54,650 bases of DNA, taken from Chlamydiota bacterium (GTDB taxonomy: Bacteria > Chlamydiota > Chlamydiia > Chlamydiales > SM23-39). Numbering within the stretch: the first letter of the stretch is position 1; every line of letters begins with the position of its first letter. The notes beneath the pieces are model-generated. The model made no database searches. It saw only the letters and a list, made by a program, of their open reading frames with translations, and was not told the origin of the DNA. The translations under genes and the position numbers were made by a program. Positions 29,937 to 39,209 of this stretch are shown here, in pieces. The stretch spans positions 1-54,650 of the forward strand of contig JACRNF010000029.1 in assembly GCA_016219355.1 (NCBI GenBank), in the 5' to 3' direction.

Positions 29937-31346
29937 ATGCCTTGGTATAACCCTTTTTTATTGTGGTCTAATATTATTATCTTTCTATATTTTTTATTGG
30001 TTCAGATAACTTATTTAGTTTTGCTCATTTTTGCTATTTTCGAGCTTTATAAGCGAGTCAAAGAGATAAAATTAGAAAACTATGAAAAATTTTTACATTC
30101 CGATTCGGCTCCGGCCATATCTCTTATAGTTCCAGCTTTTAACGAAGAGCACTGCATTGTTTTTAATGTAAAACATTTGCTCAATCTTTCTTATCGGTAT
30201 AAAGAAATAGTGGTGGTCAATGACGGCTCAACTGATAAGACATTAGAAATCTTGATCAACGTTTTTAAATTAGTTAAGGTTGCTCCAACTGTATTACCCA
30301 AGCTAAAAACTAAAAAAGTGAGACAGTATTACAGGTCTAGAGAATATCCTAATTTAATTGTGGTAGATAAAGAAAATGGGGGGAAGGTTGATGCTAATAA
30401 CGCCGGTATTAATGCGGCAACATCTCATTATTTTGCAACAATAGATGCCGATACCGTGATCACTGATCAGGGGCTTGAAAAATTAATACGCCCATTTATG
30501 ATGACTCCCAATACCATAGCTTGCGGCACTACTATCGGTATTGCCAATGAATGTGAAATTGAAGGAAATAGGATAAAAAAAATTTCGTTTCCTAAAAGCT
30601 TTTTACCCGGAATCCAGGTTGTGGAATATTTGCGGGCTTTTTTATTTGGCCGGCTTGGATGGAACCACCTTGGAGGATGTTTGATCATTTCGGGCGCCTT
30701 TGGATTATTTGATAAAGAGGTAGTTATTGCAAATGGAGGCTATAAATTAGAAATAGGAGATGATGTTGAGATTATTGTTAGGCTGCATAAGAAGATGAGA
30801 AAAGCTAAAAAACCGTATGTTATTACTTTTATTCCCGATCTTGTAGCTATGACCGAAGCTCCGGCAACAATTCCGGCTTTGTTTAGGCAAAGAGAAAGAT
30901 GGCATCGAGGGCTTATTGATGTAATGTGGCGTAATATCGATATGTTTTTTAATCCCCGCTATGGAAAAGTTGGGATGATTTCCGTTCCTTATTTTGTGAT
31001 AATCGAGAGTTTATCCCCCATTGTTGAAATTTTTGGCTATTTTATAGTTGCGATCAGCTGGTCTTTAGGGATAATCAATTGGTATTTTGCCCTTTGGTAT
31101 TTTTTACTAGCATTCGGATTTCCTTTGGTCTTAAGCTCTATTTGCATGCTTATGGCCGATCTTAGCTTTGGCTGGTATTTTTCTTTAAAGAACATTTTTA
31201 AGATATTTATTTGCTCAGTTTTAGAGCAAGTGGGATATAGGCAAATGCTAGTATTTTGCCGTTTGAAAGCCTTTTTTGCATGGTTTAAAAAAGAAAAGAC
31301 TTGGAAAAAAACTACTCGCCAAGTTTTTCCTGATGAGCAAGCGTAA
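29937..31346 (+). CDS. Processive GT2 glycosyltransferase (PgaC/IcaA-like synthase)
   Basis: VPAFNEE, NDGSTD, ENGGK, DAD, GDD, QRERW motifs; N- and C-terminal TMs. Confidence 0.92.
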   Translation: MPWYNPFLLWSNIIIFLYFLLVQITYLVLLIFAIFELYKRVKEIKLENYEKFLHSDSAPAISLIVPAFNEEHCIVFNVKHLLNLSYRYKEIVVVNDGSTDKTLEILINVFKLVKVAPTVLPKLKTKKVRQYYRSREYPNLIVVDKENGGKVDANNAGINAATSHYFATIDADTVITDQGLEKLIRPFMMTPNTIACGTTIGIANECEIEGNRIKKISFPKSFLPGIQVVEYLRAFLFGRLGWNHLGGCLIISGAFGLFDKEVVIANGGYKLEIGDDVEIIVRLHKKMRKAKKPYVITFIPDLVAMTEAPATIPALFRQRERWHRGLIDVMWRNIDMFFNPRYGKVGMISVPYFVIIESLSPIVEIFGYFIVAISWSLGIINWYFALWYFLLAFGFPLVLSSICMLMADLSFGWYFSLKNIFKIFICSVLEQVGYRQMLVFCRLKAFFAWFKKEKTWKKTTRQVFPDEQA

Positions 31347-31429
31347 TTTTTCCTTAAGTTTTTAAAGAGCTCTTTTTCTTGCAAATAATGAGATAAAAAA
31401 ATATTTAGGACCTTAGGTAGGACAAGAAA

Positions 31430-32677
31430 ATGAATAACGATAAAGAGATTTTTACCACTTTACTTAAAAAAATCAAAGAAAAGAAGGCAATTATCGGTTT
31501 ATTGGGTTTAGGAGTTGTTGGCAAAGCGCTTTTAAGAGCGTTGCGAGGTAGCGGCTATAGAGAAATCGGCTTTGATATAAATAAAGAGGTTGTAAAAAAG
31601 CTCAATCAAAAAAAAACATCTCTTTTTTCTGCAACTAGTGATTTTAAAAAGTTAAAAGAATGCGATGTTATCTGTATAGAAGTCCCAACGTTGCTTGATA
31701 AAAACAAGAAGCTCGATCTAAGTTTTTTGCGAAAAACGACTGAGACGATAGTTAAAAACATGAGAAAAGGGCAGCTCATAATTTTGGAAAGCTCGGTTGC
31801 TCCCGGAATCACCAGAAATTTTATGCTTAAAGAGTTGCAAAAAAGCAAGGCTATATTTGGAAAAGATTTTTTTATCAGTTTTTCTCCGGAAAGAGTAGAT
31901 CCGGGTAATTTAGACTATACTTTTAGCCAAATACCCAAACTTGTGTCAGGCCTCGATGAGAAATCTTTAATACTTTGTGATGCATTTTATAGTAGTTTTG
32001 TAAAAACAGTGAAGGTTTCAACTCCCGAAGTTGCCGAACTTTGCAAAATATTAGAAAATACCTTTAGATTTGTAAATATCAATCTCATCAATGAATTTTC
32101 TGAGTACGCGGCGAAAAAGGGGATTGATCTTTTAGAGGTAATTAAAGCAGCTTCGACCAAACCTTTTGGCTTTATGCCATTTTATCCATCATTAGGGGCG
32201 GGAGGTCCATGTATTCCCATTGTTCCTTATTTTTTATTGGAAGACGCTAAAAAAATTCAGGTCAAACTACCAATTTTGCAAGAAGCGATGGCTTTTCAGG
32301 AAAAAAGGATAAAAAAGGTTGTTGATCTAGCTTTTAAGATACTCAAAAAGAATAAAAAGAAACGGAAAAACATTTTAATTGTTGGTATGGGATTCAAACC
32401 GGGATCTTGCGATATTACGGAGAGTATTTCACTAAAAATCTGGAATAGGGCCGAAAAAAAAGGGGCTAAAATCTTTTATCACGATCCGGTTATTCCCCAA
32501 ATAAATAATAGAATCTCGATGCCGCTTGAAAATAAATTATTGGGAAAAATAGATCTGATCATTATCGCTCAAGATCATAAAGAAATTGATTACGATAAAA
32601 TTTTAAAAGCTGAAAAACCTATTATTGATCCCAAAGGGGTATTTAAAGAAAAAAACGATTACATTTACAGGGTGTGA
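31430..32677 (+). CDS. UDP-sugar (UDP-GlcNAc/ManNAc/Glc) 6-dehydrogenase
   Basis: GLGVVG Rossmann fold, VPT, SPERVDPG, KILEN, catalytic GGPCIP. Confidence 0.9.
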   Translation: MNNDKEIFTTLLKKIKEKKAIIGLLGLGVVGKALLRALRGSGYREIGFDINKEVVKKLNQKKTSLFSATSDFKKLKECDVICIEVPTLLDKNKKLDLSFLRKTTETIVKNMRKGQLIILESSVAPGITRNFMLKELQKSKAIFGKDFFISFSPERVDPGNLDYTFSQIPKLVSGLDEKSLILCDAFYSSFVKTVKVSTPEVAELCKILENTFRFVNINLINEFSEYAAKKGIDLLEVIKAASTKPFGFMPFYPSLGAGGPCIPIVPYFLLEDAKKIQVKLPILQEAMAFQEKRIKKVVDLAFKILKKNKKKRKNILIVGMGFKPGSCDITESISLKIWNRAEKKGAKIFYHDPVIPQINNRISMPLENKLLGKIDLIIIAQDHKEIDYDKILKAEKPIIDPKGVFKEKNDYIYRV

Positions 32678-32680
32678 AAA

Positions 32681-33619
32681 ATGATTTTGGTAACAGGGGC
32701 AGCAGGCAATATCGGTTCAAATTTATGTCTGCATTTATTGAATAGGAAAGAGAAGGTAATTGGAGTGGACAATTTTATTACCGGCTCTAACAAAAACTTA
32801 AGCTCTATTCTTACAAATCCCAATTTTACTTTTATTGAGGCAAATATTATAGATGAAAAAATTCAATCGACGTTGGAAAAATATCCAATAAAAGAAATTT
32901 TTCATTTGGCTTGTCCTACCGGAGTGAACAACTTAGAAAGGCTCTCTGAAGAAATGTTACTCGCCTCTTCTATAGGAACTAAAAATATTTTAGAAATTGC
33001 AAAGAGAAAAAAAACGAGTTTATTATATTTTAGCTCTTCTGAAGTTTATGGGAACCCTTGGGTCTTTCCTCAACCGGAGAGTTATTGGGGCAATGTTGAT
33101 CCCATAGGCATTAGAAGCCCTTATGAAGAGGGGAAAAGATTTTCTGAAGCACTGATCACATCTTTTGTTAAAAAATATCATGTAAATGCAAAAATTGTGA
33201 GAATTTTTAATACTTTTGGTCCGGGAGATTTGGAAAATGATTTTAGAGCTGTCCCTAGTTTTATTACCAAGGCTTTAAAAAATGAAGATCTTAACATTTA
33301 CGGAGATGGCAAGCATACAAGAACCTTTTTGTATGTGGATGATTTGATCGATGGCGTAATGCTGATAATGAAGAAAGCGGCTGAAGGGTCGGTTTATAAT
33401 ATTGGAAGCGATATAGAGATCTCTATTTTAGAACTTGCGAATTTGATTATTAAAATTAGCAGTTCCAAAAGCCGAATCAATTTTTTAAAACATCTGTCTT
33501 ATGATGTTTGTCACAGATGTCCTGATTTGACAAAAATAAAAAAACTTGGTTGGAAGCAAAGTATTTCATTAGAAGAGGGCCTTAAAAGAGTTCTTTTGAA
33601 AGGTGTTAAAGAAGCTTAG
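32681..33619 (+). CDS. NAD-dependent epimerase/dehydratase, UDP-glucuronate decarboxylase-like
   Basis: TGAAGNIG, HLACP, SSSEVYG, YWGNVDP, YEEGK, RIFNTFGP. Confidence 0.88.
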   Translation: MILVTGAAGNIGSNLCLHLLNRKEKVIGVDNFITGSNKNLSSILTNPNFTFIEANIIDEKIQSTLEKYPIKEIFHLACPTGVNNLERLSEEMLLASSIGTKNILEIAKRKKTSLLYFSSSEVYGNPWVFPQPESYWGNVDPIGIRSPYEEGKRFSEALITSFVKKYHVNAKIVRIFNTFGPGDLENDFRAVPSFITKALKNEDLNIYGDGKHTRTFLYVDDLIDGVMLIMKKAAEGSVYNIGSDIEISILELANLIIKISSSKSRINFLKHLSYDVCHRCPDLTKIKKLGWKQSISLEEGLKRVLLKGVKEA

Positions 33620-33744
33620 TTAGTAATAGACGCTCTTAATTTCTGATTAAAATTTTCGAAAGGAATATTTCCCGTAAATGGTAGCCTAATATATTGCAAC
33701 AATTCAAAAAAATATTTATAATCCATTTCTTTTTAGGAAAAAAA

Positions 33745-35061
33745 ATGAAAATTGAAACGGCATATAACAATTTGCAAGTTCTTAGCTATCGAAAAGTTTG
33801 GGAGCTTGAATGTAAAAATGATCAAATCAAAGAAGCTTCATTTATAAAAAAAATATATTATTGGATCGTCTCTTTTTTTTCATCTTACCATCAAACATGG
33901 TTGCAAAAAATTTCAAAAGACTCATGCGATACGACGCTTCAATATTTAAAACTCAATAGTAGAGAATTGTTGCCGGAGAGACAAAAAATCCTCTTTGATA
34001 AAGCGGAGAATTTACTTTGTGGTCGTGGTATATCATATAAATGCGATTTAAAAGAACGTTCTTGGAATTGGACACATGTTATGCCTAAAGATAAAGAGTT
34101 GATGGAGCCCTTTATTGAAAATAATCGTTACTATAACGATGAAGAAGATACAAAGATTAATTTGAAAGGATTTTTTTCAAGTGTGGAAAGACTTTTACCA
34201 CATTTTTCTTTTTCTAAAAACTTGGAAACAGAAATTGTTCAAAAAGAAGAACCGATAGCTAGAAGCGAAAATCTAAAGGTACATTGGATCGGCCACTCTT
34301 GCTTTTTGATTCAAGGCGGTAATCAAAATATTTTGGTAGACCCTAATTTTAGTAGCTTCAATCGTGTGACCCCTTGCGGGATTGAATTAAAAGATCTTCC
34401 TAAAATAGACGTAATAGTAATTTCTCATAATCATCCAAGTCATATGGATGAAAAATCTTTAGAGTATTTTAGAAAATTCCAACCGAAAATTCTAGTTGGG
34501 GCTGGGATGAAAAGTTGGTTTGTGCAAAAAGGATTTGATGAAAAAAATATTTTTGAGCACGAGTGGTGGGAAAAAACTATTGCGGAAGACAAAAATAAGC
34601 AGATTAAATTTATCGCTGTTCCGTCAAGACATTCATCTATGTCGATGAGAGGCGTTAAGGCCAATCAAGCTCTTTGGTGTGGCTGGATTATCGAGGTAAA
34701 CAATAAAAAAATCTATTTTGCCTCAGACACCGGCTACAATAAAAAAATGTTTAAACAAATTAAGGGAGAGTTTGGAGAAATAAATCTGGCTCTTTTGCCA
34801 ATTTCACCCAAAAGTAAAGATAATCTTAATTTGGGAATAAACGATTTTGTAAAAGCTGCTGATGAAATCAGGTCTTCCGATACTGAGATCATACCGATGC
34901 ATTGGGGGACTTTTAAGAGTGGAAAAGAAGAGATTGAAGCTCCGAAAAAAGAGTTGGAAATGGTTTTAACAAAAAGGCCCGATTTAAATGTCCGGTTTTT
35001 AAAAATTGGCCAGGCGTACCAGGTTCATGATCAAGCTGAAAAAAATGAGTTAATTGGGTGA
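33745..35061 (+). CDS. MBL-fold metallohydrolase (NAPE-PLD/RomA-like) with long N-terminal extension
   Basis: WIGHS, DP.FS, SHNHPSH, YFASDTGY, PMHWGTF; ATG at 33745 follows AGGA. Confidence 0.8.
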   Translation: MKIETAYNNLQVLSYRKVWELECKNDQIKEASFIKKIYYWIVSFFSSYHQTWLQKISKDSCDTTLQYLKLNSRELLPERQKILFDKAENLLCGRGISYKCDLKERSWNWTHVMPKDKELMEPFIENNRYYNDEEDTKINLKGFFSSVERLLPHFSFSKNLETEIVQKEEPIARSENLKVHWIGHSCFLIQGGNQNILVDPNFSSFNRVTPCGIELKDLPKIDVIVISHNHPSHMDEKSLEYFRKFQPKILVGAGMKSWFVQKGFDEKNIFEHEWWEKTIAEDKNKQIKFIAVPSRHSSMSMRGVKANQALWCGWIIEVNNKKIYFASDTGYNKKMFKQIKGEFGEINLALLPISPKSKDNLNLGINDFVKAADEIRSSDTEIIPMHWGTFKSGKEEIEAPKKELEMVLTKRPDLNVRFLKIGQAYQVHDQAEKNELIG

Positions 35062-35066
35062 AAAAA

Positions 35067-35400
35067 TCGGGAAGACGATAAGCCGGATTCTGTCTTGAGC
35101 AATCATTCGTCTAGGATACTTGTTGCCAAATATCTCAAGCGATAAGCTAGAGCCTTCCTTAGGAGTTAAGGTCTTGATCGGCTCTTTGTTCTCTTGCTTT
35201 GGATAGGGTTTGCAAAATTTTAAGTTGCCTTAAAATTGGCTTTTATACCGTTTTCACTCTTTCTTGCTATGCAAGAAGACCTGTTTTCTGTTGCACTTTC
35301 CGTAGCTTTACAGCCCCCGGTCTTTCACCGGTATCCTCTCCTATAAAGTCCAGACTTTCCTCTCTTGTCATAAGACAAAAGCGATTGCTTATCTTCCCGA
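35067..35400 (-). ncRNA. rnpB: RNase P RNA (type A)
   Basis: Minus strand carries GAGGAAAGUCUGGAC near the 5' end and ACAGAAUCCGGCUUA near the 3' end; the termini pair (ucgggaaga/ucuucccga, P1); directly downstream of a CT398-like gene. Confidence 0.95.
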
Positions 35401-35406
35401 AAAAAT

Positions 35407-36171
35407 TTATGATATAGGAGCTTTGCGTCTTCGTTTTTTTGGAGCAGTTTCTGCCGCAGCCTCTTCGGCCTCTAGCCAGTAAAGAATGCGGGAGCAATGT
35501 TCGCAAAAAGTTAGTCTTTCCCCTTTTCTAACTGAATTTTCATGTTGCGCTGTCAATGAGATATGACATCCACTGCAAGTCCTGTTTTCCATAGGAACGA
35601 CGACTCTATCTCTTTTATTGCGCAGCAATCTTTCATAGATGTTAAGCACTTCTTGATTGGCAAGTTTGGCCTTTGCATCTCTGTGAACTTTGAGCTCTTG
35701 TCCTTCTTTATTGATCATTTTGACATTTGCTTGGATTTCTGCTTCCAAAGCTTTGGAGCTTTCTTCTGAGTCCAAAAGACTTTTCTTAATTTTTTGCAAC
35801 ATTTCTTCTTCGGCATTTCGTTTGTCGATAAGATCGCTTGTCATGTGTTCTGTTGCTACTCTTTCTTTTTCAGCAGAGCTCATTTCTTGGGTCAAAGCAT
35901 TAAACTCTTCAACTTTTTTAATAGAGCTTTGCTTGGCCTCAAGCTTTTTTAGCCTTTCTTTAATATCTTGAATTTTGCTTTCTTGAATAATAATGTTTTT
36001 ATTAAGCTCGACAATTTCTTGTTCTTTTTCAGAAATTTGAAACTTTAAATCTTTACGAAGGGTTGCGATATGCTCTAACTCTTTTAGACGTTCTTGCTTG
36101 ACTTTCATGAGTCTTAGCATTTTCATGTCTAAGTCTTGTATTTCTAATATTATCGAGAGATCTTGTGACAT
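35407..36171 (-). CDS. cdsZ: C4 zinc-ribbon coiled-coil protein, CT398/CdsZ homologue
   Basis: Long coiled coil followed by CSGCH...CEHCSRIL; VVVPMENRTCSGCHISLT matches the chlamydial family. Confidence 0.85.
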   Translation of the reverse strand: MSQDLSIILEIQDLDMKMLRLMKVKQERLKELEHIATLRKDLKFQISEKEQEIVELNKNIIIQESKIQDIKERLKKLEAKQSSIKKVEEFNALTQEMSSAEKERVATEHMTSDLIDKRNAEEEMLQKIKKSLLDSEESSKALEAEIQANVKMINKEGQELKVHRDAKAKLANQEVLNIYERLLRNKRDRVVVPMENRTCSGCHISLTAQHENSVRKGERLTFCEHCSRILYWLEAEEAAAETAPKKRRRKAPIS

Positions 36172-36471
36172 TCTTACCTCAAAAAAACTTTAATAGAATT
36201 GATATAGAATAATTTGACACTAAATTTATCTTATTTTACACATATTTACAAGCAAAATATTTTTATTTTATCCCTTCTCCAGGCTATCTAACATTTTATT
36301 TGCCCGTCTTTAAGGAAGCAAGTTTATTTAGTTAAAAAATTTGTATTATATAAGTATTTTTTTAATTTTGAGTTAGCGTTTCTGATTTAAGCTTGAGAAG
36401 ATGGTATCCTGGTATTCTACTTTGGATCAGCTTGCTTTAGAATTTTTACAAGAGCTGAGTAAGATGTTTTA

Positions 36472-39030
36472 TCAAGGTATTAACTCTTTTTCTCTACCTA
36501 TAAGAGCCGGCGGATTCAGCAAATCTATAATTTTTTTGTCCCCATTGACTTCAGCGAACCATAAAGCAGTGCGTCCAAGACTATTTTTAGCATCTAATTT
36601 AACGCCGGCTGCGAGTAAGACCTTGACGGTGGGTACATCTTTATATTTTGTTGCATACATCAATGGAGTCTGCATATTCTCATCTGCAACGTTAATATCA
36701 GAAAATGGTATAATTTGTTTAATAATTTCAATATCGCACTCGTTTTCGATGCAGAGCATTAAAAGAGTTTTATTACAATGATATCGTTCATTAAATATTG
36801 ATGATCTATATTGTGGCGAGTCTATCATTGCTTTGATCAAAAGATCAATAATCGATAAAAATCTTTTTTTTAGGGCCAAGATTAATGCTGTGTCTCCATT
36901 AGTATTTTTAGTATCTAATTTAGCCCCGGCTTTAAGTAAAGCTTTGACAACTGGTTCGGCCTTCGCTCGTACTGCAAGAATTAATGGAGATGCATTATGC
37001 ATATCTACAGCATTAATATCCGAATAAGGTATTATTCTTTTTGTCATTTTAATATTCCAGTGGTTGTCAATAAAGATCATTAAAAGGGTATCGTTACAGC
37101 TATATCGTTCATTAAATATTAATGAATGATATTTTGGAGAGTCTATTATTGCTTGAATTAAAAGATCAACAATCGGTAAAAATTTCTTTTCTATGGCCAA
37201 GAATAATGCAGTTTTTCCTTTTTTATCTTTAGCATCTAATTTAGCGCCTGCTGCAATTAAGGCTTCGACACTAGCTTTATCCCAATTTTCTACTGCCAAC
37301 ATTAATGGAGTTTGATAATCTGCATCTTCAGCATTAACATCTGAAAATGGTATAATTTGTTTAATAATTTCAATATCGCAATGCTTAATGATACAGAGCA
37401 TTAAAATGGTTTTACCTTCATATTTTTCTAACATCACCGATCGATATTGTGGTAAGGCTATTATTGCTTTAATCAAAATATCGCAAATCGAAAAATGATT
37501 TTTATTTAAGGCGAAGATTAATGCATTTTTTCCTTCTTTATCTTTAGCATCTAGTTTAGCGCCTGCTGCAAGTAAGGCGTTAACAATATCGACATTTCCA
37601 TTTAGTGCTGCAAACATTAATGGCGTTTGCATTTTATCATCTGCAGCATTGACATCTGAAAGAAGTATTATTTCTTGGATCAACCCATTAGGCCACCTGT
37701 CTTTAATGCTGATCATTAAAAGGGTTTCGCTCCCATATTTTTCTGACATTAAAGCGCTATATTGGAGTGATGCTTTTATCGCTTTAATCAAAATATCGCG
37801 AATCGAAAAATGTTTATTATTTGAGGCAAAAATTAATGCAGTTTTTCCATTATTATCTTTAGCATTTAGTTTAGCGCCTGCTGCAAGTAAGGCGTTAACG
37901 ATGTCCACATTCCCATCTATTGCTGCAAACATTAATGGAGTTTGCATATTGTCATCTACAGCATTGACATCTGAAAGAGGCATTATTTTTTGGATCAACT
38001 CATTAGGCCACTTGTCTTTAATACTGACCATTAAAAGAGTTTGTTTATGCACATTTTGATCTTGCGCATAATTTAAAATTCTCTCTGGTAATATCTTTTC
38101 ATCAGTGAATTTTTGCACTGTCCAAAGCGCCTCAAGTCCGGACAATGAGTCATATGTTCTGTTCAGCTGCCAATCAATAGGGTTATCTGATTTGCAGGAG
38201 GGTTGACCAAATAAATTTTGAAGCTCAATGATCTTTTTTTCATTAAAAAGCTGTATGGCTTTTGTAATAAGCAAGTTTATAAATTTATCAAATAAAAATT
38301 TTTGCTGATCAGATGAAGGAAGAGAATTTAATAATAATCTGCATTGAAACAATAAAATTGAAGCTGTTGGATTTTGCCCCATTTCTTTAAAAAGCAAATT
38401 ATAATGCAATATAATTAAGTCAATGGTCAAATCGACATTATGCTCTGAACAAAAAAGAGCCGATTGGTGCTTGTCAAAAAAATCTATCAACTGAAAGCAA
38501 GAGAGGCTTTGTAATTTCTTAAGCGTTGCAAATTCTGTTTTGCAAGCATCTAGCTGAGTCTTTTTTGCGAATGTTGAGCATGTTAGGCTTGATTCAAAAG
38601 GAAAATAAGGAGAATCCCACTTGCTTCCTTCCATTAAATATTTTGAGCCATGTTTGCTAGAATAAACTCTTGCTAAAGTTTTAAAACCGTAAACTCTTGC
38701 ATCAGGAATTTTGTTCAGAATTTGTCTAGCTAAAGAGTTTGGTCCTTTAGCTGAATAACAAGATTCAAGATATACAACTGCATCTGGTGTTAATGAAGCG
38801 GATATCTTTTCAGCTATTATTCTGTTATGTACCCATCTGTTGCCAAAATCACATGATTCACCGCCTTCTGATCCATGTACTCTGAAAAACAATTGTGTAA
38901 CGGTGTGATCTTGAGGGATGTTATCAAGTTCAAAGAAAACAGAACCTTCAGGCTGCAAATGCCTAAATGCTAAGTCCTTATCATGCCCGTCCTGAAATAT
39001 TGTCAATGATGTGCTTGCTGATGCGGCCAT
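36472..39030 (-). CDS. Paralogue 1: putative clan-CD protease-like domain + helical linker + ankyrin repeats
   Basis: LFFRVHGS...VVYLESCYS; five 105-107 aa super-repeats containing TPLM.A/TAL ankyrin motifs. Confidence 0.85.
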   Translation of the reverse strand: MAASASTSLTIFQDGHDKDLAFRHLQPEGSVFFELDNIPQDHTVTQLFFRVHGSEGGESCDFGNRWVHNRIIAEKISASLTPDAVVYLESCYSAKGPNSLARQILNKIPDARVYGFKTLARVYSSKHGSKYLMEGSKWDSPYFPFESSLTCSTFAKKTQLDACKTEFATLKKLQSLSCFQLIDFFDKHQSALFCSEHNVDLTIDLIILHYNLLFKEMGQNPTASILLFQCRLLLNSLPSSDQQKFLFDKFINLLITKAIQLFNEKKIIELQNLFGQPSCKSDNPIDWQLNRTYDSLSGLEALWTVQKFTDEKILPERILNYAQDQNVHKQTLLMVSIKDKWPNELIQKIMPLSDVNAVDDNMQTPLMFAAIDGNVDIVNALLAAGAKLNAKDNNGKTALIFASNNKHFSIRDILIKAIKASLQYSALMSEKYGSETLLMISIKDRWPNGLIQEIILLSDVNAADDKMQTPLMFAALNGNVDIVNALLAAGAKLDAKDKEGKNALIFALNKNHFSICDILIKAIIALPQYRSVMLEKYEGKTILMLCIIKHCDIEIIKQIIPFSDVNAEDADYQTPLMLAVENWDKASVEALIAAGAKLDAKDKKGKTALFLAIEKKFLPIVDLLIQAIIDSPKYHSLIFNERYSCNDTLLMIFIDNHWNIKMTKRIIPYSDINAVDMHNASPLILAVRAKAEPVVKALLKAGAKLDTKNTNGDTALILALKKRFLSIIDLLIKAMIDSPQYRSSIFNERYHCNKTLLMLCIENECDIEIIKQIIPFSDINVADENMQTPLMYATKYKDVPTVKVLLAAGVKLDAKNSLGRTALWFAEVNGDKKIIDLLNPPALIGREKELIP

Positions 39031-39209
39031 AATCTTTTGATGTTATTAATATTAATAATATTAATTATGCTTTAAATTCAAATTAAAATCAAATGATATT
39101 TAAACGTAATTATGTTAAGTGCTAACGGTTAAAATTTTTTTTAAATAAAATCGTTGTTTGGGTATAAAGCTTTCGGTTCAAGCTGGTGGTGGTATCGTCA
39201 TATCGCTGC

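Noticed and set aside
35199-35506. ORFs 35199..35417 (+) and 35267..35506 (-)
   Set aside because: They overlap the RNase P RNA gene and cdsZ; spurious
36401-38059. Plus-strand ORFs (36401..36781, 36833..37027, 37649..38059) and similar ones at 42098 and 42904
   Set aside because: Antisense shadows of the ankyrin genes; the repetitiveness mirrors the minus-strand coding frame
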